From Candidatus Multivorans azotirespirans (GTDB taxonomy: Bacteria; Acidobacteriota; Thermoanaerobaculia; Multivoradales; Multivoraceae): a stretch of DNA of 64,000 bases. The stretch lies in NCBI GenBank assembly GCA_027493095.1, contig JAPVXD010000198.1, positions 30,253-94,252 of the forward strand, given 5' to 3'. The notes beneath the pieces are model-generated. The model was not told where the DNA came from. It ran no database searches and saw only the letters and a list, made by a program, of their open reading frames with translations. Positions 34,342 to 46,633 of this stretch are shown here, one piece after another. Within the stretch, counting starts at the first letter, position 1, and each line of letters begins with the position of its first letter. The translations under genes and the position numbers were made by a program.

Positions 34342-35475
34342 CTAGACCACCTCGCCGATGTAGCGCTCCCGCGCCAGCCGCCAGAACACGACCAGGAAAG
34401 CGGTCAGCGGAATCGCCAGGATCATGCCGGCGATGCCGTTGAGCGCCGAGCCCCAGAAGAAGACCGCGACGATGATCGCCATCGGGTGAAGGCCGGTACG
34501 GTCGCCCATGATCCGCGGCGTCAGCACGTAGGCCTCGATCAACTGGACGAGCGCGAAAACGACGAGCACCCAGATGACGAGGTTGAGCCCGCCGCCCTCC
34601 TGCCAGTAGCCGATCGGCAGCGCCACAGCGAGGCCGACGATGCTCCCGAGGTACGGAATGATGTTCAGGAAGCCGAGCGCAAGACCGAGGACCAGTCCAT
34701 AGCGCAGCCCGGCGATGGAGAAGCCGATGGCGAACAGCGCTCCCTGGAGGAAGGCGACGACGAGCTGGCCGCGGAAGAACGCCACCAGGATGTCGATGAA
34801 CTCCTGAATCAGGTAGACGACGTCCTCGCGGGTCCTCGGCTTGAGGAAGGGGAAGAGGTGGTCCAGCTTGCGGAAGCGGTCGGGGTCGATGATCAGGAAG
34901 AAGCAGAGGTAGACCGGCAGGACGGCCCAGGCGAACAGGGAGGCGAGGCCGGCTCCGATGCCCTGGAGGACATCCAGAGTGGTGTCGCCGACGGCGCCGA
35001 AGCCGGGTAGAAGACTGGTCAGGTCCATGTCCTCTACCGCGTCGCGGACCCGGCTCCCGAGGGGATTGGTCTCCATGAACTCGTTGAACGCCGGCAAGGT
35101 CTCGGCTACCCAATCCACCACGCGATCCGATGCTTCGGGAAGCGCGTCGATCAACCCCGTCATCTGTGACGCTGCCAGTGCGCCGAAGAACCAGGCGAAG
35201 CCGGCTACGGGCAGCAGCAGGGACAGCAGCACCGCGGCCACTGCCAGAATCTTCGGGAACCGCAGCCGCTCGTTCAAGAGCTCGTAGTAGGGCCGGAGTA
35301 CGAACGCGAGAACCGCCGCGACCGCCAGCGGCAGGAAGACGTTCGAGAAGGCCGCGAAGAAACTGCCGATGGCCCAGAACAGCGCGACGACCGCGGCCAG
35401 GATGACGGCGGCCGCGGCAATCGTCGCGGCGGCGGCTACGGTGGCGCGTTGGCGTTCGGAGAGTTCGATCTGCAC
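34342..35475 (-). CDS. AI-2E family transporter (PerM/YhhT-like)
   Basis: Polytopic 377 aa with the family's C-terminal ...FFWGSALNGIAGMILAIPLTA motif. Confidence 0.85.
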   Translation of the reverse strand: MQIELSERQRATVAAAATIAAAAVILAAVVALFWAIGSFFAAFSNVFLPLAVAAVLAFVLRPYYELLNERLRFPKILAVAAVLLSLLLPVAGFAWFFGALAASQMTGLIDALPEASDRVVDWVAETLPAFNEFMETNPLGSRVRDAVEDMDLTSLLPGFGAVGDTTLDVLQGIGAGLASLFAWAVLPVYLCFFLIIDPDRFRKLDHLFPFLKPRTREDVVYLIQEFIDILVAFFRGQLVVAFLQGALFAIGFSIAGLRYGLVLGLALGFLNIIPYLGSIVGLAVALPIGYWQEGGGLNLVIWVLVVFALVQLIEAYVLTPRIMGDRTGLHPMAIIVAVFFWGSALNGIAGMILAIPLTAFLVVFWRLARERYIGEVV

Positions 35476-35540
35476 GGGCGGTTCGTCCCGGCCGGGACGC
35501 TACCACCGGGAATCGACTCCGGGGTGGATACCATCGCGCC

Positions 35541-36833
35541 ATGGCTGCGAAGCGGCGATTCCAGACCGTCAAGGGCATGCACGACCTGGTGGGGAAGGCC
35601 CCTGTCTTTGCGTTCGTGGAGGAGAAGGTGCGAGAGGTGTTCTCCCTCTACGGGTACGACGAGGTGCGGACTCCGGTCGTGGAGGAGACGGAGCTGTTCG
35701 TGCGCGGCGTCGGCGAAGGCAGCGAGATCGTCGGCAAGCAGATGTACACCTTCGACGACAAGAAGGGTCGCAGCCTGACGCTCCGTCCGGAAGGCACGGC
35801 GCCGATCGCGCGGGCCTACCTGCAGAACAACTGGGCGTTGGGAGCGCAGCCGGTCAAGGTCTTCTACATGGGACCGTACTTTCGCTACGAGCGCCCCCAG
35901 GAGGGTCGCTACCGTCAGTTCCATCAGATCGGCGCGGAGTTGATCGGGGATCCCGGGCCCTACAGCGACGTCGAATTGCTCGTCATGCTGCTGCGCTTCC
36001 TGGGGGAGCTGGGATTCGAGGACCTGGAGGTGGGCCTGAACTCGGTAGGCGATGTGGAATGCCGGCAGCGTTACTCCCAGCGTCTGCGGGAGTTCCTCGA
36101 ACCGTACCGTGACGACCTGGGCCCGGACAGCCGGCGACGCCTGGAGACGAATCCCCTCCGCATCCTGGACACGAAGGCGCCGAGGGAGCGGGACCTCCTG
36201 GAAGGAGTACCACGACTTCGCGACGAGTTGGGCGGCCCGGCTCGCGAGCACTTCCAGGTCGTCTGCGACGAGCTCGGCCGGTTCGGCATCGACTTCCAGA
36301 TCGACGATCGGCTGGTGCGCGGCCTCGACTACTACACGCGGACCGTGTTCGAGATCACGTCCACCGCCCTGGGTGCCCAGAACGCGATCCTGGGAGGTGG
36401 CCGCTATGACGGTCTGATCGCCGAGCTCGGCGGGCCGAGCGTGCCCGGAATCGGTTTCGCGATCGGTCAGGACCGGCTGGTCGACCTGGTCCTGAAGATT
36501 CCCGGAGCCCGTCAGCTTCTGAACGCCGAGGACCACCGTCGGAGGCCCGTGTGCGTGATTCCGATTGGCGGTTCGTACCGCCGGCATGGCATGGAACTGG
36601 CGCAGGAGTTGCGCGCCGCCGGCATCCCCGCGATCTGTGAGTTCGATTCTCTCCGGTCTCTGAAGGCGCGACTGAAGCAGGCGGCCCGCCACGACTGCCG
36701 GTGGGTCGTCCTCTTTGGCGAGGAGGAAGACAAGAACCGGGAGGTCGTCCTGAGGGACTTCCACGAGGGCAGCCAGGAGACGATTCCGCGGGACGGGTTC
36801 GCGGCCGCGGTGGCGGCGAGAATTTCCGCCTGA
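35541..36833 (+). CDS. hisS: Histidine--tRNA ligase
   Basis: VKGMHD, class II motifs, LRPEGTAPIARAY, RYERPQEGRYRQFHQIG, GGGRYDGL. Confidence 0.95.
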   Translation: MAAKRRFQTVKGMHDLVGKAPVFAFVEEKVREVFSLYGYDEVRTPVVEETELFVRGVGEGSEIVGKQMYTFDDKKGRSLTLRPEGTAPIARAYLQNNWALGAQPVKVFYMGPYFRYERPQEGRYRQFHQIGAELIGDPGPYSDVELLVMLLRFLGELGFEDLEVGLNSVGDVECRQRYSQRLREFLEPYRDDLGPDSRRRLETNPLRILDTKAPRERDLLEGVPRLRDELGGPAREHFQVVCDELGRFGIDFQIDDRLVRGLDYYTRTVFEITSTALGAQNAILGGGRYDGLIAELGGPSVPGIGFAIGQDRLVDLVLKIPGARQLLNAEDHRRRPVCVIPIGGSYRRHGMELAQELRAAGIPAICEFDSLRSLKARLKQAARHDCRWVVLFGEEEDKNREVVLRDFHEGSQETIPRDGFAAAVAARISA

Positions 36834-36889
36834 GTTGTGCGAGGATCGGCGGTTCGAGCCGGCAGCGGCTCGCCACGAGGAACACGCAC

Positions 36890-38650
<1,761 letters not shown>

Positions 38651-38669
38651 GAACGCGAAGGAGGTCGGC

Positions 38670-39839
38670 ATGGTGGACTCCGTTCCGGACGCGCCGCGTC
38701 GCCTGACCCTCGCGCACCCTCGCGGCGTGAGCGACATCCTGGTCGGGCCGGGTCTCCTGGCTTCGGCCGGGGGCGGCGCGCTGAGCGAGGTAGCGGAGTG
38801 GTGCCGGGGCCGGACCGTGTTTCTGGTGACCAGCGAGGTCCCGGACCGCCACTGCGGCGCCGCGGCGAGGAACCTGCTCGAGCCGGCCGCACGGGTCGAG
38901 ACTCTCGAGGTGCCGGAGGGCGAGGCGGCGAAGACGGTGGAGTGCGCCGTCTCCGTCTGGCAGCGAATGCTCGATCGCGGCGGCAAGCGGGACAGCCGTC
39001 TCGTCACGCTCGGCGGTGGCGCCGTCGGCGATCTCGGAGGCTTCGCCGCGGCGTGCTTCCTGCGTGGCGTCGACTACATGCAGATCCCGACGACACTGCT
39101 GGCACAGGTCGATGCGTCGGTCGGCGGAAAGACCGGGGTCGACCTGGCCGGCGGCAAGAACACGGTCGGGGCGTTCCATCATCCGCGCTTCGTGCTGGCG
39201 GACATCGACTGCCTGCGGAGCCTGCCGGCCGAGGAGCTTCGAGCCGGCCTGTTCGAAGTGGTCAAGATGGCGGCTCTGCTCGACCTCGATCTGCTGGCGC
39301 TGGTCGAGGAGTCGCTGGATCGTCTGCTCGCCGTGGACGCCGAGGTGTTGACGCCGGTCGTTGCGGCCTCCATCCGGGCCAAGCTGGGCGTGGTCGAAGC
39401 GGATCTCGAGGAAGGCGACCGCCGCCGTCTGCTCAACTTCGGACACACGCTGGGGCATGCGATCGAGTCGGAGTTCGGCTATCGCGGACTACGCCACGGC
39501 GACGCGGTCGGCCACGGGATGAGGTTCGCCCTCCGCCTCGCGCTGCGCCGCGGGCTGGATGGGGACTTCGCGGCGCGGCTGCGTCGCGTGATCGACCGGC
39601 TCGGACCGCCGGCGCTCGAGGAGGTCGAGCGGGAACTCGGCGTGCGTCTCGACGCGGCCCGGTTGATCGAGGCGATGGGCCGGGACAAGAAGGCCCGCGA
39701 GAGCGGTCTGGTGTGGGTTCTGCCGGCGGCGCCGGGACGGGGCGAGATCGTCCCCGGCCTCGATCCGGCGCTGGTGCGGAGCGAACTCGAGGCCTTCCTC
39801 GACCTGTCGCGCGCTCCGGCAGGCGGGGGTTCGCCGTGA
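38670..39839 (+). CDS. aroB: 3-dehydroquinate synthase
   Basis: GGGAVGDLGGFAAA, IPTTLLAQVDASVGGKTGVD, GKNTVGAFHHP, HTLGHAIE. AAGGAGG RBS. Confidence 0.9.
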   Translation: MVDSVPDAPRRLTLAHPRGVSDILVGPGLLASAGGGALSEVAEWCRGRTVFLVTSEVPDRHCGAAARNLLEPAARVETLEVPEGEAAKTVECAVSVWQRMLDRGGKRDSRLVTLGGGAVGDLGGFAAACFLRGVDYMQIPTTLLAQVDASVGGKTGVDLAGGKNTVGAFHHPRFVLADIDCLRSLPAEELRAGLFEVVKMAALLDLDLLALVEESLDRLLAVDAEVLTPVVAASIRAKLGVVEADLEEGDRRRLLNFGHTLGHAIESEFGYRGLRHGDAVGHGMRFALRLALRRGLDGDFAARLRRVIDRLGPPALEEVERELGVRLDAARLIEAMGRDKKARESGLVWVLPAAPGRGEIVPGLDPALVRSELEAFLDLSRAPAGGGSP

Positions 39840-40822
39840 GTGCTGACCTCGGCGGCGGAGTAGTCCTGCAACGGTCCGGGGACGAACTCCGATCGGGCGG
39901 GCTGTGGAATCGGCTGCGTCGGGGTCTCGGTCGTACCCGGAAGGGGCTTTCCGGCCGGATCGGCGCCGTGCTCGGAAACGCGCAGCGGATCGACGAGGGG
40001 GTTCTGGAGCAACTCGAGGAGACCCTGATCGAGGCCGATCTCGGGGTCGAGACGTCTCTGGAGCTCGTCGACCGCCTCCGGTCCGCGGTCCGCACCGGAT
40101 CCGTCGCGCGAGGCGATGAGGTCGGGCTTCGGCAGTTGCTGGTCGACGAGGTGGCGGTGCTGCTCCTCGACGCGCCGCGCGCCGAGTGGCCGCCTCCGCC
40201 GCGGATCACCCTGCTGGTCGGCGTCAACGGCTCGGGCAAGACGACCTCCGCAGCCAAGCTGGCCCACGCTTCCCTGGCGCGCGGCGAGCGGGTGCTGTTC
40301 GCGGCGGCGGACACCTTCCGGGCGGCCGCGGCCGAGCAGCTCCAGGTCTGGGGCGAGCGGCTCGGAGTCGAGGTGGTGCGCCGTCCGTCGGGAGGCGATC
40401 CGGCAGCGCTCGTGTTCGATGCCGTGCAGGCCGCCGGGGCCCGCGGCGCGGACCACCTGATCGTCGACACGGCGGGCCGGCTTCACACCCGCGGCCAACT
40501 GATGGACGAACTGGCGAAGGTGCATCGGGTGGCGCGGCGGGCATCGGCGGAAGCCGAGGGCCGCACCTGGCGGGTGAGCAACCTCCTCGTCGTCGACGCC
40601 GGAACCGGACACAACGCCCTGGTGCAGGCGCGGGAGTTCGGCGCCGCCGCCCCGCTCGACGCCGTCTTCCTGGCCAAGATCGACGGCACCGCCAAGGGCG
40701 GCATGGCGGTGGCGATCGCGCGCGACCTGCGCTTGCCCGTCGCCTGGCTGGGCGTAGGCGAGGCGGTCGAGGACATGGTCGACTTCGATCCACGGTCGTT
40801 CGCGGCCGCCCTGTTCGGATGA
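39836..40822 (+). CDS. ftsY: Signal recognition particle receptor FtsY
   Basis: The GTG at 39836 overlaps the aroB stop. GVNGSGKTTSAAKLA, DTFRAAA, DTAGRLH, AKIDGTAKGG. Confidence 0.9.
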   Translation: MSADLGGGVVLQRSGDELRSGGLWNRLRRGLGRTRKGLSGRIGAVLGNAQRIDEGVLEQLEETLIEADLGVETSLELVDRLRSAVRTGSVARGDEVGLRQLLVDEVAVLLLDAPRAEWPPPPRITLLVGVNGSGKTTSAAKLAHASLARGERVLFAAADTFRAAAAEQLQVWGERLGVEVVRRPSGGDPAALVFDAVQAAGARGADHLIVDTAGRLHTRGQLMDELAKVHRVARRASAEAEGRTWRVSNLLVVDAGTGHNALVQAREFGAAAPLDAVFLAKIDGTAKGGMAVAIARDLRLPVAWLGVGEAVEDMVDFDPRSFAAALFG

Positions 40823-41988
40823 GCGAAGAGGCGGAATTCAGCCCGAGCGACGAGCGGGCGATGGCGCGCGCGTTGACTTTGGCGCGTCGCGGGCGCTACA
40901 CCGTGGCGCCGAACCCGCTGGTTGGGGCCGTGGTCACGAACGGCGTCGAAATCGTCGGCGAGGGTTGGCACCGTCGGGCGGGCGGAGAGCACGCGGAGGC
41001 GGCGGCGCTGCGAGTCGCAGGAAACGCGGCGCTGGACGGCACGCTGTACGTGAGCCTAGAGCCCTGCAACCATCACGGGCGCACGCCGCCCTGCGCCGAC
41101 CGGGTCATCGAATCCGGCATCAAGCGCGTGGTCTATGCCCACCGCGATCCGAACCCGGAGGTCACGGGCGGCGGCGGGGACAGGCTTCGGGCCATGGGCG
41201 TCCGGGTCGAGGGCGGGCTGCTTGCCGGCCAGGCCGTGGAGATGAACGTTCCGTTCCTGACCCGAGTCGTGCACCGGCGGCCGGCGGTGACGCTCAAGTG
41301 GGCGATGAGCCTGGACGGACGGATCGCGACGGCGACCGGCGACAGCCAGTGGATCTCGTCGGAAGAGGGCAGGAAGTGGGCGCTCGAACAGCGGGAGGAG
41401 CACCAGGCGATCGTCGTCGGCAGCGGCACCGCGCTGGCCGACGATCCACGGCTGAACCGGAGGCTGCGTCGGGCCGAGGGGCCGATCCTGCGGGTAGTGC
41501 TCGATCGGCGGCTGCGAGTGTCGCCCACGGCGCGGATGTTCGAGGTCGAGGGGCCCGTCGTCATCTGTACCGCGGCTCCGCGGGAGCTCGGCTCCTCGAC
41601 GTCGGCGGACGCTCGGGATTGGGCGACGCGGCGCGACCGGCTGCGCCGCGCCGGCGCCGAGGTGGTGGCCCTTTCCGCCGTGGAGCCGGCTGGTGTGCTG
41701 GAAGACCTCTTCGACCGTGGCGTCTCCAACGTGCTGGTCGAGGGTGGAGGGGAGATACTCGCCGCCTTTTCCGGGTCCGGGCTGTGGGATCGGGCGGCGG
41801 TCTGCTGCGCGCCGGTTCTGATCGGCGGCGCGACGGCCCCCGGTCCTCTGGGCGGCGAGGGACCGCGGCGGCTGGCCGACGCCTTGCGCCTGGACGAACT
41901 GCGAGTCAGCAGGCGCGGATCGGACGTGATTCTCTTAGGCTACAGGCAGGGATGTTTACCGGAATTGTCACGGAGCGTGGGCGGGTAG
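40819..41988 (+). CDS. ribD: Bifunctional riboflavin biosynthesis deaminase/reductase RibD
   Basis: ATGA overlap with ftsY. HAEAAAL, YVSLEPCNHHGRTPPC, and a C-terminal reductase domain. Confidence 0.9.
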   Translation: MSEEAEFSPSDERAMARALTLARRGRYTVAPNPLVGAVVTNGVEIVGEGWHRRAGGEHAEAAALRVAGNAALDGTLYVSLEPCNHHGRTPPCADRVIESGIKRVVYAHRDPNPEVTGGGGDRLRAMGVRVEGGLLAGQAVEMNVPFLTRVVHRRPAVTLKWAMSLDGRIATATGDSQWISSEEGRKWALEQREEHQAIVVGSGTALADDPRLNRRLRRAEGPILRVVLDRRLRVSPTARMFEVEGPVVICTAAPRELGSSTSADARDWATRRDRLRRAGAEVVALSAVEPAGVLEDLFDRGVSNVLVEGGGEILAAFSGSGLWDRAAVCCAPVLIGGATAPGPLGGEGPRRLADALRLDELRVSRRGSDVILLGYRQGCLPELSRSVGG

Positions 41989-42587
41989 TCGAGGCGGCCG
42001 GGGTGTCCGACCGGGGGGGCGCGCGCCTGGTCGTCGGACACTCGGCGGCGCTGGCCGCGAAGCTCGATCTGGGCGCCAGCATCGCCATAGCGGGCGTGTG
42101 TCTGACCGTGGTGGAGCAGGACGAGGTGGATGGAGCCGCGCGAACCGTGTTCGATCTGTCCCCGGAGACGCTGAGCCGAACGACGCTCGGCGCGTTGCGC
42201 GCCGGCGACGACGTGAATCTCGAGCCGCCGCTCTCGGCCGGGGACCCGTTGGGCGGCCACTGGGTCCAGGGGCACGTCGACACGACGACCCGGGTAACGC
42301 GCGTGGAGGAGCAGGGGGACCACCGCGTCGTCACGTTCAACGTTCCGGCCGGACTGGAGACGGGAGTCGTGCTCAAGGGCAGCATCACGATCGACGGCGT
42401 GAGCCTGACCGTCGCGGCGCTCGAGGAACGGACCTTCGACGTGGCGCTGATCCCGCACACCCTCGAGGTGACGACCCTTGGCGGTCTGAAGCCGGGCGAC
42501 CGGGTGAACGTCGAGGGCGACGTCCTCGCCCGCTACGTCCAGAAGGCGGTGGAGGCGGCGGTCGCCGCCGCGCTCGAGTCGAAGTAG
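41952..42587 (+). CDS. ribE: Riboflavin synthase (alpha chain)
   Basis: MFTGIV start at 41952, and the duplicated GxSIAxxGVCLTV / GSITIDGVSLTV lumazine-binding repeats. Confidence 0.9.
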   Translation: MFTGIVTERGRVVEAAGVSDRGGARLVVGHSAALAAKLDLGASIAIAGVCLTVVEQDEVDGAARTVFDLSPETLSRTTLGALRAGDDVNLEPPLSAGDPLGGHWVQGHVDTTTRVTRVEEQGDHRVVTFNVPAGLETGVVLKGSITIDGVSLTVAALEERTFDVALIPHTLEVTTLGGLKPGDRVNVEGDVLARYVQKAVEAAVAAALESK

Positions 42588-42591
42588 TCAA

Positions 42592-43581
42592 GTGACGTCC
42601 CTCACGCTTCGAGAGCACGTCGCCGAACCCGCGAATCTCTGGATCCGTCACAGTTTCTCCCGCTGGCCGGCGGCCGGTGAGGACGACTTCTGGTGCGATC
42701 TGGCTACCGGCAGCCTGCGATCGTCCGGTGCTGCGGCGGATGCGGCGTCCGTCGATGCAGCGGACGCAGTCGAGCTGCTCCACTCAGTGACCGATGTCGT
42801 CTACGTTCCGCCGGTTGCGGCTGAACACGGGCCACTCCGTTCGAGCATCATCGAAGCCGCAGCAGCCATGGGCGCCCCCCTCCTGGTCCAGGTCGTATGC
42901 GATCGCCTGGCGGGCACCGCGGCCGCCGACCTGCCGCCCAACGCCACCGTGGTGCTCGACCTGCTCGACAGCCTGGTTTGCCAGGCCGCAGCGCTGCGAG
43001 AGGAGTTCAGGGAGAACCGCCAGCCGAGCCTCCCGTTCGCTCCGGCGCCGCTCCAGGACGCGACCCTGGTCTGGCCGCTGATCTCTGGCTGGACTGATCA
43101 ACCAGAGGTTCTGGGCCCGGCCACGGTCCGCTTCGCGGCAGCGGGAGCCCGCCGAGTCGTCCCGCGCTCGCTCGAACTGGACGCCCGCGACCGGCGCCTG
43201 CTCGCCGAACGCCTCCAGACGACCTGGCCGGAGGCATTCGACGCCCTCTTTCACGGCGGGGAGTCTGTTCCAGACACGGCGGCCTTCCGAAGTGTCGCCG
43301 AAGCCGCCGGTCTCGAACATCGCCTGCCACGGCCACTGCCCGCACCCCCGCTCCCGGAACGACTCCGCCTTGCGCGTGAACTCGCGGGTCACCTGATCGA
43401 ACTCGGTGACGCTGCCGTCACCGGGGGCGACGCCTACTACCGTGCCGCCCGTTTCCTCGACCAGGACGAAGTCGACATCGAAGCAGCCGCCCGCGAAGGC
43501 AACCTCGGCGTCCTGCCGTGGCTCGAGGATCCGGTCAGGCAGGCGGTGGAGCAGTGGCTGACCGCACGGCGAGGAGACTGA
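42592..43581 (+). CDS. Hypothetical protein (no confident family assignment)
   Basis: 329-aa ORF starting at a GTG 4 nt after the ribE stop. Composition is coding-like and no catalytic motif is recognised. Confidence 0.5.
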   Translation: MTSLTLREHVAEPANLWIRHSFSRWPAAGEDDFWCDLATGSLRSSGAAADAASVDAADAVELLHSVTDVVYVPPVAAEHGPLRSSIIEAAAAMGAPLLVQVVCDRLAGTAAADLPPNATVVLDLLDSLVCQAAALREEFRENRQPSLPFAPAPLQDATLVWPLISGWTDQPEVLGPATVRFAAAGARRVVPRSLELDARDRRLLAERLQTTWPEAFDALFHGGESVPDTAAFRSVAEAAGLEHRLPRPLPAPPLPERLRLARELAGHLIELGDAAVTGGDAYYRAARFLDQDEVDIEAAAREGNLGVLPWLEDPVRQAVEQWLTARRGD

Positions 43582-43630
43582 CGCCCGGTGCACCTGGTCG
43601 TCTTCGACGGCGTGCTGGCCCTGACGGCTC

Positions 43631-45118
<1,488 letters not shown>

Positions 45119-45121
45119 GGC

Positions 45122-45994
45122 TCAGCTCGACTCCACGTTCCAGAAGACGTCGTCCACGAACAGGTCGGAGATGAGGCGGGCGACGCCGGAGGAGGCTCTG
45201 CCGCCGATCCGCAGCACGTCCTGATGGTCGACCGCGTCGTCCACGAGCCCCACGCCCATGTTCGTGACCAGCGAGAAGCCGAGCACGCGGAGTCCCATGT
45301 GGCGGGCGGCGATCACTTCGAGCACGGTCGACATGCCGACCAGGTCGGCGCCCAGCGTGCGGTATGCGCGGATCTCGGCGGGGGTCTCGAAGGACGGTCC
45401 GAGCAGGCCGGCGTAGACACCCTCGCCTACCGGGATCCCGGCCTGTTCTCCGAGTGCCGCGAAGCGGCGGCGCAGGCCGGCGTCGTAGGCGTCCGCCAGG
45501 TCGGGGAACTGCGGCCCCCACGCGGCCGGCAGCTGGCCCCTGAGCGGGTTCAGACCGGTCAGGTTGATGTGGTCGGAGATGGCCGCGATCGAGCCGGGCG
45601 GCAGGTCCGCCCGCAGCGAACCGGCGGCGTTCGTGACGACCAGCGACCGGGCGCCGAGGAGGGCGCTGAGCCGCACCAGGTAGACGACCTGGGCCGGCGT
45701 GTAGCCCTGGTAGGCGTGCAAGCGGCCGCGGCTGTAGAGGACCAGTCGGCCGTTGGCCGTCCGCACGAGTTCGGCGGTCACGGCGTGGCCCTCGATCGCC
45801 TCGACATCGAAGGGGAACAGGTGGGAGAAGGGCCATGGACCCGCCGCCGGCTCGCCGAGATCGAGGCTCAGGCCTGAGCCGGTGACGAGGAGGGCCTCCG
45901 GCGTCGGGATTCCGGCCTCCAGCCAGCGCCGCCGGCTCTCCTCGAGTTCGGCCGCGAGACTCCTGTCCGGGCCGGTATCCTTGTGTCCATTCAC
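45122..45994 (-). CDS. Purine nucleoside phosphorylase (PNP/MTAP family)
   Basis: Only the 3' part of the 898-aa track ORF is plausible. LVTGSGL, RGRLHAYQGY, TNAAGSL, GPSFETPAE, LGADLVGMSTV. The start is uncertain: GTG at 45994 or ATG at 46042. Confidence 0.8.
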   Translation of the reverse strand: MNGHKDTGPDRSLAAELEESRRRWLEAGIPTPEALLVTGSGLSLDLGEPAAGPWPFSHLFPFDVEAIEGHAVTAELVRTANGRLVLYSRGRLHAYQGYTPAQVVYLVRLSALLGARSLVVTNAAGSLRADLPPGSIAAISDHINLTGLNPLRGQLPAAWGPQFPDLADAYDAGLRRRFAALGEQAGIPVGEGVYAGLLGPSFETPAEIRAYRTLGADLVGMSTVLEVIAARHMGLRVLGFSLVTNMGVGLVDDAVDHQDVLRIGGRASSGVARLISDLFVDDVFWNVESS

Positions 45995-46057
45995 GGCGTT
46001 CTCTCGCGTCGCCCGCTCCAGGCTTGGAGTGCGGCAGACCATATCCTGAGGAGTTCG

Positions 46058-46603
46058 ATGACCGAAGATGGCATACCGCGCGAGTTGATCTCGAGGGAAG
46101 TGCTCGACCGCAGGGTCGGCGAGCTGGCCGACGAGATCGAGAGGGACTACGCCGACAGCGAGGAGTTGCTCTGTGTCGGTGTGCTGAAGGGATCCGTCTT
46201 CTTCATGTCCGACCTCCTGCAGCGCCTGTCCCGGCCGCTCGTCGTCGACTTCTTCCAGACCTCGAGCTATCGGGGCGAGACGACGTCGCCCGGAGAGGTG
46301 CGGATCCGCCGCGATCTCGATCACTCCCTGGCCGGTCGGGACGTTCTGCTCATCGAGGACATCGTGGACACCGGCTACACGATGCGGACGATCATGGCGC
46401 TGATGGGGTTCAGGGGCGCGCGATCCGTGCGGCTCTGCGTCCTGCTCGACAAGGCCTGCAAGCGGGAGACGCCCGTTCAGATCCACTATCGCGGCTTCGA
46501 GGTGGACGACGTGTTCGTCGTCGGCTACGGCCTCGACTACGACGATCGCTACCGCAACCTGCCCTACATCGGCGTGCTGGAAGAGCCGGGAGCCTCGGAG
46601 TAG
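46058..46603 (+). CDS. hpt: Hypoxanthine phosphoribosyltransferase
   Basis: GAGGAG RBS upstream of the ATG at 46058. LKGSVFFMSDL and the PRPP motif VLLIEDIVDTGYT. Confidence 0.9.
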   Translation: MTEDGIPRELISREVLDRRVGELADEIERDYADSEELLCVGVLKGSVFFMSDLLQRLSRPLVVDFFQTSSYRGETTSPGEVRIRRDLDHSLAGRDVLLIEDIVDTGYTMRTIMALMGFRGARSVRLCVLLDKACKRETPVQIHYRGFEVDDVFVVGYGLDYDDRYRNLPYIGVLEEPGASE

Positions 46604-46633
46604 GCTGGCACTCTTTGGGCTGAAGGCGTCGCC

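Noticed and set aside
35485-35498. 14-bp perfect palindrome GTCCCGGCCGGGAC in the AI-2E transporter / hisS divergent spacer
   Set aside because: It is built from CCGG/GGCC-type sequence that is common at this GC content. There is a single copy and no partner site or adjacent regulator. I noted it but cannot support it as an operator.
36854-36871. 7-bp hairpin (cgagccg-gcag-cggctcg) between hisS and aspS
   Set aside because: It is short, has no U-tract, and sits in a 56-nt intercistronic gap. It is plausibly incidental in GC-rich DNA and not strong enough to call an attenuator or terminator.
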